NCBI GenBank assembly: GCA_015065175.1
Contig: SVQV01000003.1
Location: forward strand, 1-49,983
DNA length: 49,983 nt
Reading direction: 5' to 3'
From: Oscillospiraceae bacterium
GTDB lineage: Bacteria; Bacillota; Clostridia; Oscillospirales; CAG-272
The translations under genes were made by a program, and so were the position numbers. Positions 41,335 to 49,983 of this stretch are shown in pieces. Numbering within the stretch: position 1 is the stretch's first letter; every line of letters begins with the position of its first letter. The notes beneath the pieces are model-generated. The model searched no databases. It saw nothing but the letters and a program-made list of their open reading frames with translations, and was not told the DNA's origin.

Positions 41335-43191
41335 ATGAAAATATATGTAAATGCAAATGAAAGTTTACAAAATCTCATAAAAGAGGCTATATCCGACAGC
41401 ATCGCCGAATGGGGAGAGGGCGGAATAAATATCACCCTTGACAAGTGCGACAGCGGTGTAAAGGTTTCGTCAGACGGAAAAAAAGTGACACTTTACTATT
41501 CCGACCTCACCTCGCTCCTTAAAGGAATAGGCATAATTATTTCAAAGGGCGAAGCAAAATACGAAACAGAGCAGACGCTTAAATACAGACAGCTCGGAAA
41601 CATGGTAGACGTATCGAGAAATGCCGTAATGAACATTGCGACTGTAAAAAAATTCATACGCATGTCGGCGCTTATGGGCTTTAATGCCTTGAATCTCTAT
41701 ACAGAGGACACGTATGAGATAGAGGACGAGCCTTATTTCGGACATTTAAGAGGCAGATACACCGTAGCCGAGCTTCAGGAGCTTGACGGATATGCGGAAA
41801 AGTTCGGAATTGAGATAATTCCTTGCATACAGACTCTCGCCCACCTTGACGCTATTTTCAACTGGCCCGAATACGCGCCCTACAACGATACGGCTAATAT
41901 ATTGAATGTCGGCCTTGAAAAGACCTATGAGCTTATAGAAAAAATGTTCGTCACTATGAAAGCGGCGTTCAGGAGCAAGCAGATACATATAGGCATGGAC
42001 GAGGCGCATTTCCTCGGACGCGGCACTTATCTCGATAAATTCGGCTATGAAAAATGCTCGGATATTATGAAAAGACACTTAGACAGAGTAATAGAGCTTT
42101 GCCGTAAATACGATTACGAAGCGCTTATGTGGTCGGATATGTTCTTCCGTGTCTGCTCGCCGAACAGAGGCTATTCCCCCGACATACAGATAACCGAGGA
42201 TGTGTTCAATTCGGTACCCGAGGGCGTTAATCTCGTATATTGGGACTATTACAGAGACGATCCTAAATTCTATGATGATATGCTTACGATTCACGAGAAT
42301 TTCAAGCGCAAGGTATCCTTCTACGGCGGAAGCTACACATGGAGAGGCTTTGCTCCTTGGCAGCCGACTGCGCTCAAAAATATGAGGGCGGCGTTCTCGG
42401 TGCTTGATAAGCATGAATTGGATGTGGTTTTCTGTACGCATTGGGGGGATAACGGAAACGAATGCTCCACCTTTGCGGCTCTGCCGACTATAGCGCTTTT
42501 TGCGACAGGCGGTTGGTCCGATGACTTAAGCGATGAATCAATTGCCGAGATAATGGGTATTTTTGGCGCAAGCTTCGATGATTTTATGTCGCTCCATATG
42601 TTCCACAAGCCCGATATTACTAAGGCGGAATTCGTTCTCATTCATAAATATGTTCTTTATTCCGACGTGCTTCAGGGGGCGTTTGACTCCAATATTCCCG
42701 ACGGACTTAGTGAATTTTTCGGTAAGGTCAGCGCAAGAATGAAGGAAAACGCAGAGAGAAATCCCAAGTGGGCATATCTTTTCGAGTCTATGGAGAAATT
42801 AGCTCACGTGCTTGAGCTTAAGGCAGACTGCGGCAAGATGATAAAAAAGGCGTATGACGAAAACGACAGAGAAAAGCTTGAATATATAGCGAATGAGTAT
42901 ATTTATACCTTGATAAGCGCATTGAAGGAGTTCAGATATTATCTCCGTAAGCGTTGGCTTTCGGATAACAAGGCGTTCGGCTTTGAGGTACAGGATCTGC
43001 GCCTCGGCGGTCTTATCGGCAGGCTTGAGGATGCTTCTCTCTATATAAACGAGTATCTTTCGGGCGAGCTTGAGCATATCGAGGAGCTTGAATGTGAGAG
43101 ACTGCCCTTTATAAGAGGAACGGCAGGAGGACTTACTCACGCCTGTACCGATAGAGGCTGGGGCAAGCTGGTTACATTTGGCAGACTTTAA
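41335..43191 (+). CDS. GH20 beta-N-acetylhexosaminidase
   Basis: DVSRNAV, LYTEDTY, PCIQTLAH, HIGMDEA catalytic DE, MWSDMF, WGDNG. Confidence 0.9.
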   Translation: MKIYVNANESLQNLIKEAISDSIAEWGEGGINITLDKCDSGVKVSSDGKKVTLYYSDLTSLLKGIGIIISKGEAKYETEQTLKYRQLGNMVDVSRNAVMNIATVKKFIRMSALMGFNALNLYTEDTYEIEDEPYFGHLRGRYTVAELQELDGYAEKFGIEIIPCIQTLAHLDAIFNWPEYAPYNDTANILNVGLEKTYELIEKMFVTMKAAFRSKQIHIGMDEAHFLGRGTYLDKFGYEKCSDIMKRHLDRVIELCRKYDYEALMWSDMFFRVCSPNRGYSPDIQITEDVFNSVPEGVNLVYWDYYRDDPKFYDDMLTIHENFKRKVSFYGGSYTWRGFAPWQPTALKNMRAAFSVLDKHELDVVFCTHWGDNGNECSTFAALPTIALFATGGWSDDLSDESIAEIMGIFGASFDDFMSLHMFHKPDITKAEFVLIHKYVLYSDVLQGAFDSNIPDGLSEFFGKVSARMKENAERNPKWAYLFESMEKLAHVLELKADCGKMIKKAYDENDREKLEYIANEYIYTLISALKEFRYYLRKRWLSDNKAFGFEVQDLRLGGLIGRLEDASLYINEYLSGELEHIEELECERLPFIRGTAGGLTHACTDRGWGKLVTFGRL

Positions 43192-43230
43192 AATAATTTT
43201 GCAGGGTGCATCGTGAAAGGAGAGTTTTCT

Positions 43231-43962
43231 ATGAACACTGTAAAAATAAATTCGGAAAACACAAAAATGGTGGCGCACAGAGGCGTCAGCGGAATAGAGA
43301 AGGAGAACACCTGCCCCGCATTTGTTGCCGCAGGCAACAGAAGCTATTTCGGAATTGAGACAGATATACACATCACGAAGGATAAGAAGTTCGTAGTTAT
43401 CCATGACAGCAGCACTAAGCGTGTTTCCTTCGAAAAATATGATATCAACGTAGAAGATGTCGAATACAGCGACCTTAAGGACATCGTTCTCCCCGACAGA
43501 GACGGAAGCTATATAAGACAGGACATAAGAATTCCTCTGCTTGCCGAGTATGTAAAGATCTGTAAGAAGTATGATAAAATATGTGTTCTTGAGCTTAAGG
43601 GCAATTTTGAGACAGAGGACTGTGAAAGACTTATAAAGGAAATAAACGAGCTTGAATATCTCGGAAATGTTATTTTCATTTCATTTAGCGAGGAAAACTG
43701 TATAAATATGAGAGCCTTGCTTCCCGAAGCCGAAATTCAGTTTTTGAAGAGCGGCGAAATAAAAGAGGAGGAGCTTGTCTCCTTCCTGCTCGAAAATTCA
43801 CTCGACCTCGATATTGATCACAGAAGTCTGACGAAGGACTTTGTTGACAGACTTCATTCTCACGGCATAAAGGTCAACTGTTGGACCTGTGACAATAAAG
43901 AACGCGCGGAAGAGCTTGTCCTAATGGGCGTTGATTTTATCACATCAAATATTCTTGAATAA
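43231..43962 (+). CDS. Glycerophosphodiester phosphodiesterase family protein
   Basis: AHRG, ENT, IETDIH, ELK, WT, GVDFITSN; AGGAG RBS before ATG 43231. Confidence 0.9.
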   Translation: MNTVKINSENTKMVAHRGVSGIEKENTCPAFVAAGNRSYFGIETDIHITKDKKFVVIHDSSTKRVSFEKYDINVEDVEYSDLKDIVLPDRDGSYIRQDIRIPLLAEYVKICKKYDKICVLELKGNFETEDCERLIKEINELEYLGNVIFISFSEENCINMRALLPEAEIQFLKSGEIKEEELVSFLLENSLDLDIDHRSLTKDFVDRLHSHGIKVNCWTCDNKERAEELVLMGVDFITSNILE

Positions 43963-43989
43963 TTAAGTATAAAAGAGGAGAAATAAATT

Positions 43990-45237
43990 ATGAGTATTCC
44001 GGTAGCAAAGCAGTATATAAAAGATTTCGAGCAGATGGGGCTCGGAGTATTCGTTCACTTTGGAATTTATTCTTTGGTCGAGCGGGGAGAATGGCACGGC
44101 TTTTTCATCAGAAAAGATCCCGAAAAGGTTGCGGAATATAAGGCGTTGAAGGATAAGTTCAACCCCGACAGTATGGAGAATATCGTGATTGAGGCGAAAA
44201 AGTCGGGCGCAAAATATATAACCTTGACAACAAAGCACCATGACGGATTTGCGCTTTTTGACACCTGCGGAATTACCGATTTTGATGCTATGCACAGTGC
44301 GGCAAAGCGCGACCTCGTAAAAGAATTTGCCGATGCGTGCAGAAAGCATGATATCGTACCGATGTTCTATTACGCGACACATGAATTTTTCAACGATGAC
44401 GAGGATAATGATTTCCCGAAATATCTCGAATATATAAGAAACAGTGTTGAAGTTCTCTGCAAGAACTACGGTAAGATAGGCGGCTTGTGGTTCGACGGTA
44501 ACTGGAGCAAGACAGGAGAGGGCGACGTTTGGGAGGAAGAAAAGCTCTACGCAGTCATAAGAAAATATCAGCCCGAGGCAATGATAATAAACAATACAGG
44601 TCTTCAGAGATGCGGTGAGGTAGGAAATTTGGAGATAGATTCCGTAACCTACGAGAGAGGAAAAGCCGCCCCCTTGAACAGAGAGGGAATGAAAAAGTAT
44701 GTTGCGGCAGAGGTTTGCGACAGCTCAAACGGACATTGGGGCATGGCTCACGACTTAAACCACAAATCTCCCAAGTATATTTTAGAGTGTCTTTGCAAGA
44801 GCAGAGGAGCAGGCGCAAACTATCTCTTTAACGTAGGTCCCAAGGCGAACGGACACGTTCCCACTTTCCAGGATGCACTTCTTGAGCTTATCGGTGAATG
44901 GATGAGCATCTTCGGTGAGGCGGTCTATGACGGCAGACCCTTCTGGTATAAGGACGGTGTAGACAATTTCGTTTTAAGGAGCGAGGACGGAAAGCATGCT
45001 TACTTTGTGTGCTTTAACCTGCGCCGCAGAGGAAACGTTAACGCTGTACTCGCGATAGGTACAGAGGGTGACTTTATTTATGAGGGCTTCGCTGAGCGAG
45101 TAGAGAATATTCATTGGATGGATAACGACGAGCAATTACCTTACCTTTATGAAGGAGACAAACTTACCGTTAATTTGGCAGGCTATAATAACGGCTACGA
45201 TTACTGCGTAAGAATAGCAAAGGCAGATATAAAGTAA
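43990..45237 (+). CDS. GH29 alpha-L-fucosidase
   Basis: FVHFG, TTKHHDGF, LWFDG nucleophile, NYLFNVGP. Confidence 0.92.
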   Translation: MSIPVAKQYIKDFEQMGLGVFVHFGIYSLVERGEWHGFFIRKDPEKVAEYKALKDKFNPDSMENIVIEAKKSGAKYITLTTKHHDGFALFDTCGITDFDAMHSAAKRDLVKEFADACRKHDIVPMFYYATHEFFNDDEDNDFPKYLEYIRNSVEVLCKNYGKIGGLWFDGNWSKTGEGDVWEEEKLYAVIRKYQPEAMIINNTGLQRCGEVGNLEIDSVTYERGKAAPLNREGMKKYVAAEVCDSSNGHWGMAHDLNHKSPKYILECLCKSRGAGANYLFNVGPKANGHVPTFQDALLELIGEWMSIFGEAVYDGRPFWYKDGVDNFVLRSEDGKHAYFVCFNLRRRGNVNAVLAIGTEGDFIYEGFAERVENIHWMDNDEQLPYLYEGDKLTVNLAGYNNGYDYCVRIAKADIK

Positions 45238-45267
45238 ACAAAAGTTAGCAAACCAAAGGAAGAATAA

Positions 45268-47184
45268 ATGCAATATAAGATTATAAACGGCGCCGTTTAT
45301 TATGATAGCGATATGGTGCTTGAAAACGTCGATATCGAGATAAACGATAACGAAAAAATAGCGGTCGTCGGCAGAAACGGATGCGGCAAGACTACGCTTT
45401 TAAAAGCTATTATGGGTGAAGTCGAGCTTGAAGAGGGAACAGGAGAAAGCGAATTCCGTGTAACGAAAATAGGAAATCCCGAGATAAGCTATCTCCGTCA
45501 AGTTCCCTTTGAAGACGAGGACACTTCTATGATAGACGAGGTGCGAAAGGTCTTTTCACCTCTCATAGAAGCCGAAGAACGCCTTGCCGAGCTTGTTATT
45601 AAAATGGAAAAGGGGGACGAGAGCTGTATTTCGGCTTTCAGCTCCTTAAATGAAAAATATATTGCTGACGGCGGCTTGACCTATAAAAAAGAATATCTTA
45701 CGATGATAAGAAAATTCGGCTTCACAGAGCAGGACGAAAAAAAGCCGCTGCGCGATTTTTCGGGAGGTCAGCGCACTAAGATAGCGTTCATAAAAATGCT
45801 TCTTTCAAAGCCCGACGTACTGCTTTTGGACGAGCCGACAAACCACCTGGATATTGAAACTATAGAGTGGCTTGAGCAGTATCTTAAGAATTATAAGTCT
45901 ACACTCGTTATTGTTTCACACGACCGAATGTTTCTCGACAGAATAGTGAACAAGGTATATGAAATAGAATGGGGAGAGACGAGGTGCTACAAGGGCAATT
46001 ATTCATTCTTTGAAAAGCAGAAAAAAGAGAACTATATAAAGCAATTGAAGGACCACGAGGCGCAACAGGCAGAGATAGCGAGACTTAACCGACTGATAGA
46101 GCGCTTCAGATATAAGGCGACGAAGGCTAAAATGGTACAGTCCAAAATAAAGCTGCTCGAGCATATGAAGATAATATCCGCGCCCGACCGCTTTAACACA
46201 AAGACCTACCGCTCTGATTTTCAGCCGAGCATACAAAGCTCACGTCAGGTTTTAAACGTTTCGCATCTTGTTATAGGATACGGGCAGCCGCTTGCCGAAG
46301 TCAATTTCAATCTTGAAAAGGGACAGAAAATAGGAATAATAGGCGGTAACGGAATAGGAAAATCTACGTTGTTAAAAACTCTTATGGGTAAGACCCCCGC
46401 GCTTTCGGGAAGCTACAGCTTCGGCTACAATACCGAAGTCGCTTACTTCGACCAACAGTTAGCGCAGATAAGCGGAGACGAGACTATATTCGATATTTTC
46501 GCAAGTGAATTTCCGCGCCTTAACGATACCGAGGTAAGGACTGCGCTCGGCTCGTTTCAGTTTACGGGCGAGGAGGTTTTCAGAACGGCTTCAACTCTTT
46601 CGGGCGGCGAAAAGGTGAGGCTCGCGCTCTGTAAAATACTCTATAAATGCCCGAACGTTCTCGTTCTCGATGAGCCTACGAACCATATGGATATAATAGG
46701 CAAGGAGACACTTGAGGAAATCCTCACAAATTACGAGGGAACTCTGCTCGTCGTTTCTCACGACAGATATTTTATAAAGAAGGTAGCCGACAGGCTTTTG
46801 GTTTTCTCTAACGGAAAATGCGATTATTTTGACGGAAATTATGACGAATACGAGGAAAAAAGGGCAAAGGCGGCAGAAGAAAACGCAGAAAGCGAGCAGG
46901 TAAAGGAAGCTCCCAAGGCAGAAAAGCAGAAAAACTTTTCACCCAAAAAGGAGCTTGACAAAAAGAAAAAGCGCATAGAAAAATTGGAGCTTCTTATAGA
47001 GGAATGCGCGCAAAAGCGTGAACAGCTCTGCGCTATGACCGAGCAGGAGGATGTATTTTCGGATTACGTCAAGCTTACCGAAATACAGACTCAGATAGAT
47101 GAAATAAAAGAAAAGGAAGCGCTTTACGAGGAGGAGTGGACCGAGCTTTCACTCTGGATAGAGGAAGCCGAATCACCTTCGTAA
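45268..47184 (+). CDS. ABC-F family ATPase with C-terminal coiled coil
   Basis: Two nucleotide-binding domains (GRNGCGKT/FSGGQ/LDEPTNH and GGNGIGKS/LSGGE/LDEPTNH); no TM segments. Confidence 0.94.
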   Translation: MQYKIINGAVYYDSDMVLENVDIEINDNEKIAVVGRNGCGKTTLLKAIMGEVELEEGTGESEFRVTKIGNPEISYLRQVPFEDEDTSMIDEVRKVFSPLIEAEERLAELVIKMEKGDESCISAFSSLNEKYIADGGLTYKKEYLTMIRKFGFTEQDEKKPLRDFSGGQRTKIAFIKMLLSKPDVLLLDEPTNHLDIETIEWLEQYLKNYKSTLVIVSHDRMFLDRIVNKVYEIEWGETRCYKGNYSFFEKQKKENYIKQLKDHEAQQAEIARLNRLIERFRYKATKAKMVQSKIKLLEHMKIISAPDRFNTKTYRSDFQPSIQSSRQVLNVSHLVIGYGQPLAEVNFNLEKGQKIGIIGGNGIGKSTLLKTLMGKTPALSGSYSFGYNTEVAYFDQQLAQISGDETIFDIFASEFPRLNDTEVRTALGSFQFTGEEVFRTASTLSGGEKVRLALCKILYKCPNVLVLDEPTNHMDIIGKETLEEILTNYEGTLLVVSHDRYFIKKVADRLLVFSNGKCDYFDGNYDEYEEKRAKAAEENAESEQVKEAPKAEKQKNFSPKKELDKKKKRIEKLELLIEECAQKREQLCAMTEQEDVFSDYVKLTEIQTQIDEIKEKEALYEEEWTELSLWIEEAESPS

Positions 47185-47219
47185 GCTTTGCTGAGACAAA
47201 AAAATGATAGGAGAAAAAC

Positions 47220-48848
47220 ATGAAAAATTATTCTGTAGGCGTTGATTTTGGAACCTTGTCCGCACGCGCGGTGTTGGCAGATACCGAGACGGGAGAGGTA
47301 ATTGCCGAGTCGGTTTTTGAATATCCTCACGGAGTAATGGACTCCGCGCTCCCGAGCGGAAAGAAGGTCGATAAAAATTCCGCTTATCAGCATCCGCAGG
47401 ATTATATAGACGCTCTTTCCTTTACAGTGAAGGACATAATAAATAAAAGCTCTGTCGATAGCTCGCAGATATGCGGAATAGGTATAGACTTTACCTCCTG
47501 TACAGTTCTGCCCTTGGACGAAAACTGTATGCCGATGTGCTTTTTAAAGGAGTTTGAGGACGAGTGTCACGCTTATGTGAAGCTATGGAAGCATCACAGC
47601 GCGCAAAAGGAAGCTGACGAGTTTACCGAAAAGGCAATAGAAAACGGTGAAAAATGGCTCGAAAACTATGGCGGAAAGGTCTCGTCCGAGTGGCTTTTTC
47701 CTAAAATTACCGAGACTCTGCGCTCTTCTCCCGAGCTTTATAAAAGGACTGCGTATTTTGCGGAGGCGGGAGACTGGCTTTCGGGGCTTCTGTGCGGCTG
47801 CGAGGTAAGAAGCAGCTGTATGGCTGGCTATAAGGGTATGTGGAGCAAAAAGGACGGATATCCTTCAAAGGAATTTCTCGGCAAAATAGAGCCGGAGCTT
47901 TCCGATATCGTGGGCAGTAAAATATCCGAGAACATAAAGCCCACAGGCACGCTTGCGGGCAGAATAAACTCATACGGCGCCGCTCTTACGGGACTTAAGG
48001 AGGGGACAGCCGTTTCCGTTCCGATAATAGATGCGCACGCCGCACTTATCTCTGCGGGGATAGTGAGGGGCGGAGAGCTTATGATAATTATAGGCACATC
48101 GAGCTGTCACATAATTCTTGACAAAGAGGAAAAAAGCGTCAAGGGCATCTGCGGTGTGGTAAGAGACGGAATAATTCCTTCATATGCGGCTTACGAGGGC
48201 GGACAGTCCTGTGTAGGCGATACTTTTGATTGGTTTGTAAACAATTGTTTGCCTTCGAGCTATATAGAAGAAGCTAAAAAAGAGGGCAAGAGCAAATTTG
48301 AGTACATAAAAGAAAAAGCGGCAAAGCTATCCGCGGGAGAGAGCCATCTGCTTGCGCTTGACTGGTGGAACGGAAACAGAACACCGCTTGCCGATTATGA
48401 CCTTACGGGCGCTATATTCGGCTTTACCTTGAAAACGAGACCCGAGGAGATTTACAGAGCCTTGATAGAGGCTACCGCATACGGCACTAAAGCCATAACA
48501 GAGCTTTACACCGAGAGCGGAGTGGCGGTCGAAAAAATCTATGCGACAGGCGGCATTTCTATGAAGGATGAGCTTCTTATGCAGATATATGCCGATGTTT
48601 TGGGCAAAGAGATATGTGTACCGCAAAGTTCGCAGGCAGGTGCGCTCGGAAGCGCTATCTATGCAGCTTGCGCGGGCGGTGCGTTTGACAGCTTCGAGGA
48701 TGCGGCAGAAAAAATGGCTATAAAAAATGTGAAGCGTTATACTCCCATAAAAGAGAATACCGCAATATATGAAAAGCTGTATAAGAGCTATAAGGAGCTT
48801 ACCGATTATTTCGGCAGAGGCGGCAACGGTATTTTAAAGAGTCTTTGA
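47220..48848 (+). CDS. araB: Ribulokinase (FGGY kinase family)
   Basis: GVDFGTLSAR, DFTSCT, KLWKHHSAQ, IDAHA, LDWWNGNR. Confidence 0.88.
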   Translation: MKNYSVGVDFGTLSARAVLADTETGEVIAESVFEYPHGVMDSALPSGKKVDKNSAYQHPQDYIDALSFTVKDIINKSSVDSSQICGIGIDFTSCTVLPLDENCMPMCFLKEFEDECHAYVKLWKHHSAQKEADEFTEKAIENGEKWLENYGGKVSSEWLFPKITETLRSSPELYKRTAYFAEAGDWLSGLLCGCEVRSSCMAGYKGMWSKKDGYPSKEFLGKIEPELSDIVGSKISENIKPTGTLAGRINSYGAALTGLKEGTAVSVPIIDAHAALISAGIVRGGELMIIIGTSSCHIILDKEEKSVKGICGVVRDGIIPSYAAYEGGQSCVGDTFDWFVNNCLPSSYIEEAKKEGKSKFEYIKEKAAKLSAGESHLLALDWWNGNRTPLADYDLTGAIFGFTLKTRPEEIYRALIEATAYGTKAITELYTESGVAVEKIYATGGISMKDELLMQIYADVLGKEICVPQSSQAGALGSAIYAACAGGAFDSFEDAAEKMAIKNVKRYTPIKENTAIYEKLYKSYKELTDYFGRGGNGILKSL

Positions 48849-48885
48849 TTTTTGTACATACAAATTTTTTCAAGGAGCTGTTTAT

Positions 48886-49983
48886 ATGGAAAAAATTATT
48901 GAAAAGATCAATGCATCTGTTGAAAAACACAGAGAGCTGATGCTTGAGGCCGAAAGATATATCTGGTCTCATCCCGAGACGGGCTACCGTGAATACGGAA
49001 CTTCAAAGTATATGGAGGACAAATTCACAGAGCTTGGCTATGATTTAGCAAAAGCGGGAAATATTCCCGGCTTTTATACCGTCATTGATACAGGCAGAGA
49101 GGGGCCTGAAATTCTTGTATTAGGTGAGCTTGACTCGCTTATATGCCCGAATCACAAGGAAGCCGACAAGGAAACAGGCTATGTTCACGCTTGCGGTCAC
49201 AACGTGCAGTGCGCTACCCTTCTCGGAATTGCGGCGGCTCTGAAGGAGGACGGAATGCTCGACGGTATGTGCGGAAAAATAATGCTCTGCGCTGTGCCTG
49301 CCGAGGAGCTTATTGAGATAGGCTACCGTAAAAATCTTATAAAAGAAGGAAAGATAAAATACTGCGGCGGAAAGAGTGAGTTTCTGCACAGAGGGTATTT
49401 CGATAACGTAGATATGGCGTTTATGGTACACGCCTCGGGCAGCTTTTGCGGAATGAACGGAGCTGTCGGCTGTATTGCGAAAATAGTAAACTACAAGGGG
49501 GTTTCGGCTCATGCGGGAGGCAGTCCGTGGAGCGGAAAGAATGCTATATATGCGGCGACACAGGGGCTTTCTGCGGCTAATGCCATACGTGAGACCTTCA
49601 AGGAGAGCGATATAATAAGATTTCACCCGATAATCACTCACGGCGGAGAAGCGGTAAATGCCATTCCCGAGCTTGTGACGGTAGAAGCGTTTGTGCGCGG
49701 TGTCAGCTTTGAGGCGATGACAGATGCAAACAAAAGAATAAATCAGGCGCTTATCGGCTCTGCGCTTTCATTGGGCGCAAACATTGAAATCATAGATACT
49801 CCCGGATATGCACCTCTTAAAAATGACAATAAAACTTTACATCTTATGAAGGAGGCAGCAGACCTTATTATTCCCGAGGAGCATTTTGTCATTTATGACT
49901 CTATAAGCTCGGGAAGCACCGATATGGGTGAAATGAGTTGTCTTATGCCTGTAATACATCCCTATTCGGGAGGAGTATCAGGC
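48886..49983 (+). CDS. M20D-family amidohydrolase, 3' end outside the window (not in the ORF track)
   Basis: Manual translation MEKIIEKIN..HPETGYRE..GELDSL..HACGH..PAEE..SAHAG..GSTDMG; AGGAG RBS. Confidence 0.88.
   Translation, partial: MEKIIEKINASVEKHRELMLEAERYIWSHPETGYREYGTSKYMEDKFTELGYDLAKAGNIPGFYTVIDTGREGPEILVLGELDSLICPNHKEADKETGYVHACGHNVQCATLLGIAAALKEDGMLDGMCGKIMLCAVPAEELIEIGYRKNLIKEGKIKYCGGKSEFLHRGYFDNVDMAFMVHASGSFCGMNGAVGCIAKIVNYKGVSAHAGGSPWSGKNAIYAATQGLSAANAIRETFKESDIIRFHPIITHGGEAVNAIPELVTVEAFVRGVSFEAMTDANKRINQALIGSALSLGANIEIIDTPGYAPLKNDNKTLHLMKEAADLIIPEEHFVIYDSISSGSTDMGEMSCLMPVIHPYSGGVSG

Noticed and set aside
45268-47184. ABC-F as an antibiotic-resistance (ARE) gene
   Set aside because: The architecture fits housekeeping ABC-F proteins with a C-terminal coiled coil; no leader attenuator or mobile context is visible.

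Overview
A chromosomal window from a bacterium that looks like Bacillota/Clostridia, inferred from ribosomal gene order, rpsD inside the alpha operon and a Clostridia-type S10 leader. 1-10.5 kb: amidohydrolase (5' cut by the window edge), a stand-alone trpB, asd, an XRE gene, a MITE-like folded element, an AAA_14/DUF4143 ATPase, LacI, a Gfo/Idh/MocA oxidoreductase, and a membrane protein-polA pair. 10.7-26.7 kb: the full S10-spc-alpha ribosomal cluster (rpsJ to rplQ, with secY, adk, map, infA, rpoA). After the rplQ terminator: an AT-rich regulator patch (AbrB-like, XRE), then three tandem copies of a 126-bp hairpin-rich element inserted at the -10 box of a sigma70 promoter, an M20 peptidase and a RAYT transposase remnant with internal GTAG-like REPs. 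29.8-50 kb: a same-strand run of apparently cytoplasmic catabolic genes (SGNH, MBL, Gfo, AraC, GH2, CE4-like, AEC transporter, two CE15-like esterases, GH20, GDPD, GH29, ABC-F, ribulokinase, M20D). The strongest candidates for novelty are the TATAAT-bounded 126-bp tandem element near a RAYT remnant, a probable CTG start for IF-1, and a terminator/antiterminator switch in the S10 leader. All calls are by eye; no database searches were run.
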